From the NCBI GenBank assembly GCA_041586955.1, contig JBFGZE010000006.1, positions 1 through 64,000 of the forward strand: a DNA stretch of 64,000 nucleotides, read 5' to 3'. Made by a program: the position numbers and the translations under genes. Position 1 is the first letter of the stretch. Each line of letters begins with the position of its first letter. The notes below the pieces were generated by a model. The model saw only the letters and a list, made by a program, of their open reading frames with translations. It was not told the origin of the DNA and searched no databases. Below are positions 48,112 through 56,147 of the stretch, one piece after another. Origin of the DNA: Bacteriovoracaceae bacterium. GTDB taxonomy: Bacteria; Bdellovibrionota; Bacteriovoracia; Bacteriovoracales; Bacteriovoracaceae.

Positions 48112-49734
48112 ATGAAAGGCAAGATTTGGCTAGGCCACCTCTATTTGAAAGATTTCGCAACATTTGAAAATCAAACCATCGAATTTTCCCCAGGATTTAA
48201 TATTATCCTGGGTGAAACCGGTAGTGGTAAAAGTTTAATCATGGATGCCCTCACGCTAATTCTCGGTTCAAAGGCCAAGAAAAACATGATTCGTAGGACA
48301 TGTGATAGCGCTGTTATTGAGGCCCACTTTAAAATTCAGGATGAGCAAACAAAAGAGTATTTCAACTCTATAGGTTTTCCTCTTACTAGTGATGAAGTAA
48401 TCATTAAAAGAATTATTGATAAAAATGGGCGAAATAAAAACTATCTCAACTTTCAATTGTGTCCTATTACCACACTTCAAGAAGTCTCTCATTTATTTAT
48501 TGATCTGGTTGGTCAATTTGAAAATCAAAAATTGCTTCAACCAAAATATCAATTAGACCTCATTGATAATTATTCGGCAAATACCACCATTAAACCGAAA
48601 TTCATTCAATCGTTTCGTGAACTGCAAGAGATCATTCAAAAATTAAACCTATTCAATACGCGATTAATAGAGCTAAACCAAAAAAAAGATTTTATCCTTT
48701 ACCAATTAGAGAAAATTGAAGAATTAAATCCGACAGAGAATCGTGAAGCACAATTGATTCATCAAAAAGAAGAGCTCATCAATTTACAAAATAATATTGT
48801 AACAATTAATCAGTCCATTGATCTTATCAATAATGAGAGCAATGGAATCATTAAATCACTCAACACTTTAACAAAAAACCTAGACTCCTTCGACTTTATC
48901 AAATCAGATCAAAGGAATGAGATTGAAAACATTAAAGATATTATCAATGAATTAGGATTCCATCTCAGCCAAAAAACTGAAAAAGAGTTTAATCAAGAAA
49001 ACCTTGACCAAATACTGGACGAACTTGATCAATACCAACAGTTGAAAAGAAAATTTGGTGGAAGTATTGAAACTTTAATCGCCGCCCAGACTCAATTTTC
49101 AAAAGAGTTAAGTGAAATAAATCTGCTCGAAAATAATGTAGAAAAGCTTACGGCCGATCTCGTTAAACATGAAAATGCTTGTCTTAAAAATGCCAAGACA
49201 CTTCACCTTGATAGGATTAAAACTTCGACTAAGCTTTCCAAATTATTAACAACAGAATTGCAAGACCTGAATATGGAAGGATCGGAAATTAAAATAGATC
49301 TTCATGAAACCAACCTTGGGGAACAAGGAATCTCAAAAGTTTCTCTCAAAGCTCAGACGAATCCAGGAGAAGGCTTTCATCGACTTTCTGATATCGCCTC
49401 AGGAGGTGAACTTTCACGCATCTTGCTAGCGATGAGGAAAATTATTAGCTCCAACGAGTCCATTTCTATCTTCTTTTTTGATGAGATCGATACCGGTATT
49501 GGAGGGAAAACCGCCTTACGTATCGGCTCTTCTCTTAAGGATGTGGCCAAGAAATCCCAAGTTATCTCGATAACTCACTTGCCACAAATCGCCAAATACG
49601 GGGATTGGTTTATCCAGGTAGAGAAGAGTACACATCAATTAAATGATGGCTCCCATCGCACCGTTTCTTCCATTATCACCTATGATAAGAATAAAAAAGA
49701 TCAGGCCATCAGTGAGCTTAGTCCAATTCAATAA
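48112..49734 (+). CDS. recN: DNA repair protein RecN
   Basis: GETGSGKS, coiled coil, ASGGELSR, FDEIDTG and ITHLPQ motifs. Follows nadK. Confidence 0.95.
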   Translation: MKGKIWLGHLYLKDFATFENQTIEFSPGFNIILGETGSGKSLIMDALTLILGSKAKKNMIRRTCDSAVIEAHFKIQDEQTKEYFNSIGFPLTSDEVIIKRIIDKNGRNKNYLNFQLCPITTLQEVSHLFIDLVGQFENQKLLQPKYQLDLIDNYSANTTIKPKFIQSFRELQEIIQKLNLFNTRLIELNQKKDFILYQLEKIEELNPTENREAQLIHQKEELINLQNNIVTINQSIDLINNESNGIIKSLNTLTKNLDSFDFIKSDQRNEIENIKDIINELGFHLSQKTEKEFNQENLDQILDELDQYQQLKRKFGGSIETLIAAQTQFSKELSEINLLENNVEKLTADLVKHENACLKNAKTLHLDRIKTSTKLSKLLTTELQDLNMEGSEIKIDLHETNLGEQGISKVSLKAQTNPGEGFHRLSDIASGGELSRILLAMRKIISSNESISIFFFDEIDTGIGGKTALRIGSSLKDVAKKSQVISITHLPQIAKYGDWFIQVEKSTHQLNDGSHRTVSSIITYDKNKKDQAISELSPIQ

Positions 49735-50473
49735 GCTGGCATTGCTTTCCATTAAAGTAGATACAGCTTTTTGTTATCGGAAAAAAACCATTATTTAAAT
49801 ATTCGGCGTTATTAAAACTATAATGGTCTAAACAATGACTATGGCCACATATCAAAAAATGAATATTCAATTGATTCGTTAATTTTTCGAAAATACGCCG
49901 CGATTTAGATTTAACAAAATCAAGATTTGATATATCTCCGTATTTTTCCGAGTTTCTTTTCTTGGAATTATTCGATGCTTGATGGCCAACTTTACTAATG
50001 AAATTAAACGAAACTAAATCATCCGCTAAATACTGAATAAATCGACTTCTTATTATCCATTTATAAAATTGATAGCCACGATTTTCCAGATCAATTTCAT
50101 CCCCATGGCAAAAAAGAAAATTCTTGCCAGCTATTTTAATTTTGAGTGGCGAGTTCAAATATTGAAGTTTATTATTATCAAAAAAGATCTTGTATCTTTC
50201 TCTTAATAAGTTTTTAAAATGGAAGTCATGATTACCTTCAAAAAAATAAATTTCCTTTCCGGCTTCCAATAAATTTTGAACCACTAAGAAAAATTCCTGG
50301 TAATAATCTACATATTCAACCTTACTACCGACCAATAAATCAAAAATATCTCCCAGGAAAAATATCTTATTCACTTTTTCTGTATGTGATGAATTTAACG
50401 CTTTTATTAATAATTGGTACTGTGGATCATTTGTATTTTTAATATGGATATCTGAGAAGGATAGAAACGACAT
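49718..50473 (-). CDS. lpxH: UDP-2,3-diacylglucosamine diphosphatase (calcineurin-like metallophosphoesterase)
   Basis: SDIH, LGDIFD, EGNHD, HGD and GHSH motifs. Start moved to ATG 50473. Confidence 0.8.
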   Translation of the reverse strand: MSFLSFSDIHIKNTNDPQYQLLIKALNSSHTEKVNKIFFLGDIFDLLVGSKVEYVDYYQEFFLVVQNLLEAGKEIYFFEGNHDFHFKNLLRERYKIFFDNNKLQYLNSPLKIKIAGKNFLFCHGDEIDLENRGYQFYKWIIRSRFIQYLADDLVSFNFISKVGHQASNNSKKRNSEKYGDISNLDFVKSKSRRIFEKLTNQLNIHFLICGHSHCLDHYSFNNAEYLNNGFFPITKSCIYFNGKQCQLIELD

Positions 50474-50479
50474 GGTAAG

Positions 50480-50507
50480 ATTATATACACGAATCAAGTA
50501 ACATCAA
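50480..50507 (-). promoter_or_regulatory. sigma70-type promoter, probably leaderless, for lpxH
   Basis: Minus-strand TTGATG-16 nt-TATAAT-6 nt-ATG with no SD. Confidence 0.5.
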
Positions 50508-50518
50508 ATTTTATTTTT

Positions 50519-50562
50519 GGCCCAAGGACCTCCTCTGAGTTTTCACCCAGAGGAGGAGGGCC
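50519..50562 (-). other. stable GC-rich RNA hairpin with GAAA tetraloop
   Basis: CCUCCUCUGGGU-GAAA-ACUCAGAGGAGG plus an outer GGCCC/GGGCC helix. Confidence 0.6.
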
Positions 50563-50641
50563 TAAAATTAGGATCTAATAAGCATTGCTCAAACTTAAAA
50601 GACCCTTTATTTTTGCTACAATGAGCACATACTTGGGGTAT

Positions 50642-50669
50642 AAAAAGGAGGGGCCATAAAACCCCCTCC
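50642..50669 (-). terminator. intrinsic terminator of flagellin 50673-51503
   Basis: GGAGGGG/CCCCTCC stem with minus-strand U-tract just after the stop. Confidence 0.75.
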
Positions 50670-50672
50670 ATC

Positions 50673-51503
50673 TTAACCAATTAATCTTAATGCTGAGTTT
50701 GGTAATGAATTAGCTTGTGCCAATGTTGATATACCAGCACCCTTAATGACATTAGTTGAGGCCAATGCTGCAGCTTCTTCAGCAACATCCACATCTTGGA
50801 TAACTGATCGCGCATGATCCTGGTTAATCGTCTGAACTTCTAGGTTGTTAACCGCAGACTTAAGTCGACTTTGAGTAGCACCAAGATTGGCACGTTGACC
50901 CGACACTTGCTTAATTGCCTCATCGATTGCTTCAATCGAATCTGTCGCATCACCTTTATCGGCAACTCCTGTTCCACTAATGCCAATAGCACTTGAACTG
51001 GCATCCGCTTCGCCGGCCTCGAATGTAATCTTATTTTGTTCACCCGCAAATGCACCCACCTGGAAATCCATAGTGTCGCCTTCACCGGCCAATAATTTTG
51101 TTCCATTAAATACTGTTGATTCAGCAACGCGGTCAACTTCTTCAATTAACTGTTGGTATTCTTTGTCGAGGAAGCCTCTTTCTTGCTCACCAACTGTATC
51201 CGAACTTGCTTGAATCGTTAACTCTCTTAAGCGCACAAGCATATGTGATAATTCGTTCAAACCACCTTCAGCCGTTTGCACAAGTGATATACCGTCATTT
51301 GCATTTCGTGTCGCTTGTCTAAGACCTTTAGTCTGTGCCTCTAGAGATGTGGCAATGGCCAAACCGGCAGCGTCATCTGCTGCTTTTGTAATCCGTTTAC
51401 CTGATGATAATTTCTCTAACGAATCATCACCCTTTGAGGCGACTTGCCTTAAGTTTTTCTGCACCGTTTGGGAAGCAATGTTTGTCGCAATTCTTAAGCC
51501 CAT
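50673..51503 (-). CDS. fliC: flagellin (short, D0/D1 only)
   Basis: LRIATN, LSSGKRITKAADDAAGLAI, QTAEGGL, RANLGATQSRL and LAQAN motifs. Confidence 0.97.
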   Translation of the reverse strand: MGLRIATNIASQTVQKNLRQVASKGDDSLEKLSSGKRITKAADDAAGLAIATSLEAQTKGLRQATRNANDGISLVQTAEGGLNELSHMLVRLRELTIQASSDTVGEQERGFLDKEYQQLIEEVDRVAESTVFNGTKLLAGEGDTMDFQVGAFAGEQNKITFEAGEADASSSAIGISGTGVADKGDATDSIEAIDEAIKQVSGQRANLGATQSRLKSAVNNLEVQTINQDHARSVIQDVDVAEEAAALASTNVIKGAGISTLAQANSLPNSALRLIG

Positions 51504-51552
51504 TTTTAACTCCTTGTTTTGTTATTCTGACTAGTTTTGTCAGACACTAAAC

Positions 51553-51579
51553 ATATCGTCGGTACTCATAATTACTTTA
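51553..51579 (-). promoter_or_regulatory. sigma28 (FliA) promoter
   Basis: TAAA-15 nt-GACGATAT upstream of the flagellin. Confidence 0.8.
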
Positions 51580-51641
51580 GTATCAGGGTCAAGTATTTTG
51601 TGAATTTTTTCTAGAAAATATTTAAATTTAGGTGGTTAGGC

Positions 51642-51670
51642 AAAAAAAAACCTCCCATACGGGAGGTTTT
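51642..51670 (-). terminator. intrinsic terminator of flagellin 51693-52526
   Basis: AAAACCTCCC-ATAC-GGGAGGTTTT with a 9-nt U-tract on the minus strand. Confidence 0.85.
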
Positions 51671-51692
51671 AGAAGGGAAATATCTATGATTC

Positions 51693-52526
51693 TTAACCAA
51701 TCAACTTCAAGGCTACAGAACTTGAAGTATTTGCTTGGGCCAAAACGGAAGTACTTGAAGCAGTTAAGACGTTGGTCATGGCCAAATTCGCACTTTCCTG
51801 CGCAATATCAGTGTCTCTAATGCGAGAGTTTGCAGCTGATAAGTTTTCATTTTGTATTTCTAAGTTTCTAATCGTTGATTGAAGCCTATTTTGTAGAGCA
51901 CCCATCTGCGCTCTATTAGTATTAACATGACTAATTGCATTATCCAAAACTTCTAAATTTTCTTGCGAGGATTCCTTGGTGCTCACATTAAGACCTTCGA
52001 CACCTATGGCCTCGGCCCGCACACTACTTTCCTGTGGTTTATAATTAAGACGGTCATTTTCTGGATTATTATGAATTCCAATTTGAAAATCCATTGTATC
52101 ACCTTCACCTGATAATAAGCTCTTTCCATTAAAGGTGGTTGATGTGGCAATACGTTCAACTTCCTTAGTTAATTGTTGGAATTCCATATTTGAATAAGTA
52201 CGTTCTTTTTCACCTACCGTATCCGAGGCAGCTTGAATTGAGAGTTCTCTCAAACGAACAAGTATATTTGACACTTCATTAAGTCCGCCTTCAGCGGTTT
52301 GAATTAAAGAGACACCATCGTTCGCATTTCTTGTCGCTTGGCGAGTACCTCTAATATGTGATTTGATTTTTTCTGAGATGGCCAGCCCTGCAGCATCGTC
52401 CCCGGCCTTATTGATTCGGCTACCACTAGCTAATTTCTCTAATGCTTTGCCTTGTTTCTTTTTTACTTCTCCAATACTTCTTTGTGCTGACAATGATTGG
52501 ATGTTTGTAGCAATTCGTAAACCCAT
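51693..52526 (-). CDS. fliC: flagellin (short, D0/D1 only)
   Basis: LASGSRINKAGDDAAGLAISE, GALQNRL, NSRIRDTD and VLAQAN motifs. Confidence 0.97.
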   Translation of the reverse strand: MGLRIATNIQSLSAQRSIGEVKKKQGKALEKLASGSRINKAGDDAAGLAISEKIKSHIRGTRQATRNANDGVSLIQTAEGGLNEVSNILVRLRELSIQAASDTVGEKERTYSNMEFQQLTKEVERIATSTTFNGKSLLSGEGDTMDFQIGIHNNPENDRLNYKPQESSVRAEAIGVEGLNVSTKESSQENLEVLDNAISHVNTNRAQMGALQNRLQSTIRNLEIQNENLSAANSRIRDTDIAQESANLAMTNVLTASSTSVLAQANTSSSVALKLIG

Positions 52527-52637
52527 TTTATACTCCTAGAATCAGATATACCCTCCTTGAAAAAGTTAAAACCAAACAACCATGTTTGATATTTTAAATC
52601 GGCCAGCGCTTTTTCCCTATTGGCGCCGACAAAAACA

Positions 52638-52664
52638 GTATCGTCTGTCATCCGATTTACTTGA
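52638..52664 (-). promoter_or_regulatory. sigma28 (FliA) promoter
   Basis: TCAA-15 nt-GACGATAC upstream of the second flagellin. Confidence 0.7.
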
Positions 52665-52726
52665 GTATTTTTTTTAATAATTTTAAGTATTTACGAGTGT
52701 TTTGGTCAGGTATTAGCAATAACTAT

Positions 52727-53182
52727 CTAAGATCGTATTGATTCAATTACATTAGTGGTGGAATAACCAGTCTTAAAGCTAAGACTTTTAACCTCTCCAC
52801 CTTGAGATAAGACAAAGTCGCTTCCCACGATTTGATTAATTTTCCAATCACCACCCTTAACAAGTAGGTTTGGGTTCACTAATTTTATTAACTCCAAAGG
52901 AGTGTCTTCATCAAAAATTTCGACAAAATCAATTGCTCTCAAATTTTGCAAAACAAAGCGCCGATCATTTTGATTATTGATTGGCCGTTCAGGCCCCTTT
53001 AAGCGCTTAACGCTTTGATCTGAATTGAGCCCCATAAAAAGAATATCTCCCAAGGCCTTTGCCTCATTAAGATATTCAATATGACCTCTATGGAGAATAT
53101 CGAAGCACCCATTGGTAAAGACAATCTTCTTATTCTTATTTTTAGACAAGAAGTCTTTTGCCTCTTGGGATAGAACAGTCAT
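52727..53182 (-). CDS. hldC: D-glycero-beta-D-manno-heptose 1-phosphate adenylyltransferase (stand-alone RfaE2/HldC)
   Basis: VFTNGCFDILHRGH, GLNSDQSV.RLKG..RP, FDEDTP, KGGDW and YSTT motifs. Confidence 0.92.
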   Translation of the reverse strand: MTVLSQEAKDFLSKNKNKKIVFTNGCFDILHRGHIEYLNEAKALGDILFMGLNSDQSVKRLKGPERPINNQNDRRFVLQNLRAIDFVEIFDEDTPLELIKLVNPNLLVKGGDWKINQIVGSDFVLSQGGEVKSLSFKTGYSTTNVIESIRS

Positions 53183-53961
53183 TATTGAACAACTTTTGTA
53201 TTAGATATTTTATTATGGAAACCAAGTAACAACGGGAGTCCTAACATTAAAAACGAACCAACACAGAGAAAAGATCTCAATAACGTTTGCTTTAAAGTTA
53301 GCTTATCACCCACAGTGCTAATTAAACAAATACCGAACAAGGCCTTACCTGGAGTTCCGACTAAATCAAGAAAAGAAAAATACAAGGCATAAAAGAAGAC
53401 TCCTAATAAAGTCAGTGCCACCTTAATTTCCATATATTGAAACATTCCTTTAAACTCACTCCACTTCAATCCGGAGAGCAAAATAAAGGCCAAGGTTAAA
53501 ACCGAAAATAATAATAATAAAAATAGGAAATCAATGCTCCAAGCTAATAGATTAACTGTCAGGGAGCTTTCTTTTTCCTTCTTTTTAATAATTAATTTTT
53601 CTTGGAGGGGGGCCTGAGGAGCTTGTAGCCTTTTATTGTCTGAATTATAAAATAAATCAAGGCCGGACTTCTTGGCCAAATTTAAATTTTGAATCTTCTC
53701 TTTATTATCACTTGATATCTCATCAAGGTTTTTTTGTTTTGATGCTTCTATAGGTCGCACAGGCGTCGCCACCGTCCTGGTATGACGAGGCTCTTTTTGA
53801 TCTTTTTTGTCGTGAAAACCTAATCCCCTCGTAAGGGGTTTAAAGGATAAGTCATCCAATTCAAATTCATCAAAATTGACAATAATTTTTGATTTTTCTG
53901 GATTCTGACCTTCTATATTCATAAGTACCCCTTTTTTCGATTTTTCCATATTTGTCATCAA
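53182..53961 (-). CDS. RDD-family membrane protein
   Basis: FKPLTRGLGFH N-terminal motif, LLAWSIDF, GTPGKALFGI, LLRS and HNKISNTKVV. True start may be ATG 53922. Confidence 0.75.
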   Translation of the reverse strand: MMTNMEKSKKGVLMNIEGQNPEKSKIIVNFDEFELDDLSFKPLTRGLGFHDKKDQKEPRHTRTVATPVRPIEASKQKNLDEISSDNKEKIQNLNLAKKSGLDLFYNSDNKRLQAPQAPLQEKLIIKKKEKESSLTVNLLAWSIDFLFLLLLFSVLTLAFILLSGLKWSEFKGMFQYMEIKVALTLLGVFFYALYFSFLDLVGTPGKALFGICLISTVGDKLTLKQTLLRSFLCVGSFLMLGLPLLLGFHNKISNTKVVQ

Positions 53962-54662
53962 GCGTCAACGACACGTGAGCAAATAGCACCCAGAGCGACT
54001 GCACTGGCGGTAGGAGAGCGTAAAATAGGAGTAGGAAACTGAATGAATTGAATATTAGGTAATTCTGCAAGAAACTTCTCTTCGGCCTCTGAGAAGCCGG
54101 CCTCCGGCCCAATCAGTACCAATATTTTATCATCAGGTAAAAATGATGATGAAGAGAGGTTGTGCCCCCGCTGGGTCGAGCAACAAAACACAGTCTGATA
54201 TTGAGACCAAGCAGAAAAATTCATTAAATGTTTTTGCTCTTCAATCGCCATCAAATAAGGATTATTCGATTGCTCCATAGCTCCCTGAAGAATTCTATCA
54301 ACCCTTGAGCTTGGCCTAAAAGAGTATTGAGAAAATTCACTTAATAAAGGCCATACTTTTCCCACTCCACACTCAACCGCATGGCGCAGGATTTCCTCTG
54401 TGGCCTCTTTTTTTGGTAAAGCGATGGCCAGGTCTATAGAATGCTTCTTTTTATATTGATATTTTTCTTCCTGTAGTAGATTAAGAGACTTCCTTTCAAT
54501 AGCGGTAATTTTATAAAGACCCCCGTTTCCTATTCCATCTAAAATTAAAACCTTATCACCAATCCGAGCTCGTGCCACCTTCACAAGGTGGTGAAACGAA
54601 TCATCTAAAATAGATAATTCTCTTTCCTGCCAATCAATTTCAGGTCTTAATAGGGCCCGCAT
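53958..54662 (-). CDS. rsmE: 16S rRNA m3U1498 methyltransferase
   Basis: HHLVKVAR, ECGV, AMEQS, LIGPEAGFS and ILRSPTA motifs. Start moved to ATG 54662. Confidence 0.92.
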   Translation of the reverse strand: MRALLRPEIDWQERELSILDDSFHHLVKVARARIGDKVLILDGIGNGGLYKITAIERKSLNLLQEEKYQYKKKHSIDLAIALPKKEATEEILRHAVECGVGKVWPLLSEFSQYSFRPSSRVDRILQGAMEQSNNPYLMAIEEQKHLMNFSAWSQYQTVFCCSTQRGHNLSSSSFLPDDKILVLIGPEAGFSEAEEKFLAELPNIQFIQFPTPILRSPTASAVALGAICSRVVDA

Positions 54663-55618
54663 TATTTCTTCCTCAATAAAATCGCACACCAATCATTCTT
54701 CTTAATCGTTTCGATATGATCAAATTGATCTTGAAAATGATTTTTAATAGTATCCCCCTGCTCAATTAAGAGACCAGATAAAACCAAATATCCACTCTTT
54801 TTCACGGCCTTTCTTAACGAATCAGCCTCATGAATAATGACAGGTTCAAGAATATTCGCAAACACTAAGTCATACTCTCGAGACACAACAAAACGGCTTC
54901 GGAGCAATAATTGGGAACCTTGAGTAAACTGATCATCCCAATTGAGGTTAATATTATAAAGACAATTATCAAGAGCAGCGGGATCGATATCGACAAAGTC
55001 AACTCGTGACTGTGACTTTTTAATGGCCCCAATTCCCAAAATCCCGGAGCCACAACCAAAGTCTAAAATCTCACCGAGAGAAACTTTCTCCTGGCATAGT
55101 CGGTCAAAAAACCTTAAGCATAATTCTGTTGTTTCATGTGTTCCAGTGCCAAAACCCATACCTGGATAAATATATATATCCTTATGTGAATTTTCGTTTT
55201 TCAGCCAAGAGGGGACGACACTTAATTCATCAGAAATATAAATCGGTCTATAAAAGGATCGCCATAATTTATTCCAATCTTCTGTTTCTTTAATACTAAC
55301 GATAAAATCTGAATAAGGAATATCATTCGCAGAGAGGACTTCTTCAATCACTTTAATTTGGGGAACAATTGAGTGAGAGAAATAAATTTTAAGTTTTACA
55401 TCATTTGTAAATAATTTATCCTCTACTTCATTTAAAACCTCGAGACTAATATCGCCCCCAGAGAAAGCGCGGTCACCTAAAATCTCGTCGACTTTACTTT
55501 CATCGATATTAAAAAATTCAATACCAAGACATGAAAACTCCTGTGCAATATGCCCAATCTGATCCAAATTATCTTTGGAAGTTGTCATCTCAATTCTTAC
55601 GTATTGGTTATCACTCAT
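54662..55618 (-). CDS. prmA: ribosomal protein L11 methyltransferase
   Basis: DWNKLWRSFY, PGMGFGTGTHETT, LDFGCGSGIL, ANIL and LSGL motifs. Confidence 0.95.
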   Translation of the reverse strand: MSDNQYVRIEMTTSKDNLDQIGHIAQEFSCLGIEFFNIDESKVDEILGDRAFSGGDISLEVLNEVEDKLFTNDVKLKIYFSHSIVPQIKVIEEVLSANDIPYSDFIVSIKETEDWNKLWRSFYRPIYISDELSVVPSWLKNENSHKDIYIYPGMGFGTGTHETTELCLRFFDRLCQEKVSLGEILDFGCGSGILGIGAIKKSQSRVDFVDIDPAALDNCLYNINLNWDDQFTQGSQLLLRSRFVVSREYDLVFANILEPVIIHEADSLRKAVKKSGYLVLSGLLIEQGDTIKNHFQDQFDHIETIKKNDWCAILLRKK

Positions 55619-55820
55619 TTTGCGTATCCATTTTCAATCTCTAAAAGGGGTAAAAATAACCATTAGATTGAGGTTTCATTTTGTTTAAATATTTTTACCT
55701 ATCCATACAATATCTAGGTCCCAAAGATCAATATGAGGTATTTCATTTACAATCACGCCAACGTGCCACGCAGCGCACAACGCCTTCCATTTGTTATTAC
55801 CACGTATTGTTTGTTTTTCA

Positions 55821-56012
55821 TTAAGGCGATTGCTGACGATTCCTTTTATTCATTTCAAGGTAAGCCATTTTTTTAACCTCAAAAAATTTAAACTCACTAC
55901 CAATGTTTTGGTCGATGATTTCTGAAAAGGATTGATAAGCAAAACAGTTCTTATCCACCTTTTCATGACTGTCGACCAACGATTTAAGATAGGAAGAAAG
56001 AAAAAGTGCCAT
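55821..56012 (-). CDS. small hypothetical ORF, possibly part of a frameshifted gene
   Basis: Only ORF of at least 60 aa in a 530-bp gap. An adjacent frame stays open to 55685. Confidence 0.3.
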   Translation of the reverse strand: MALFLSSYLKSLVDSHEKVDKNCFAYQSFSEIIDQNIGSEFKFFEVKKMAYLEMNKRNRQQSP

Positions 56013-56147
56013 TTATGCAAAAAAACATAAAAAACCTCCTCTTTTAATGATAAATTTATACAATGCCGTAAATTTTATATTCAACTTACGCTATCATCCG
56101 TAGGTTAATATAGTTTAAATAATTCCGCGAAATCTTGGATCGTCTAT

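Noticed and set aside
55850..55852. Selenocysteine or stop read-through at the lone TGA in a long minus-strand frame
   Set aside because: No SECIS-like hairpin or redox motif context, and other genes use TGA as a normal stop.
55951..55959. Isolated DnaA-box-like TTATCCACC
   Set aside because: Single one-mismatch site with no partner boxes, expected by chance.
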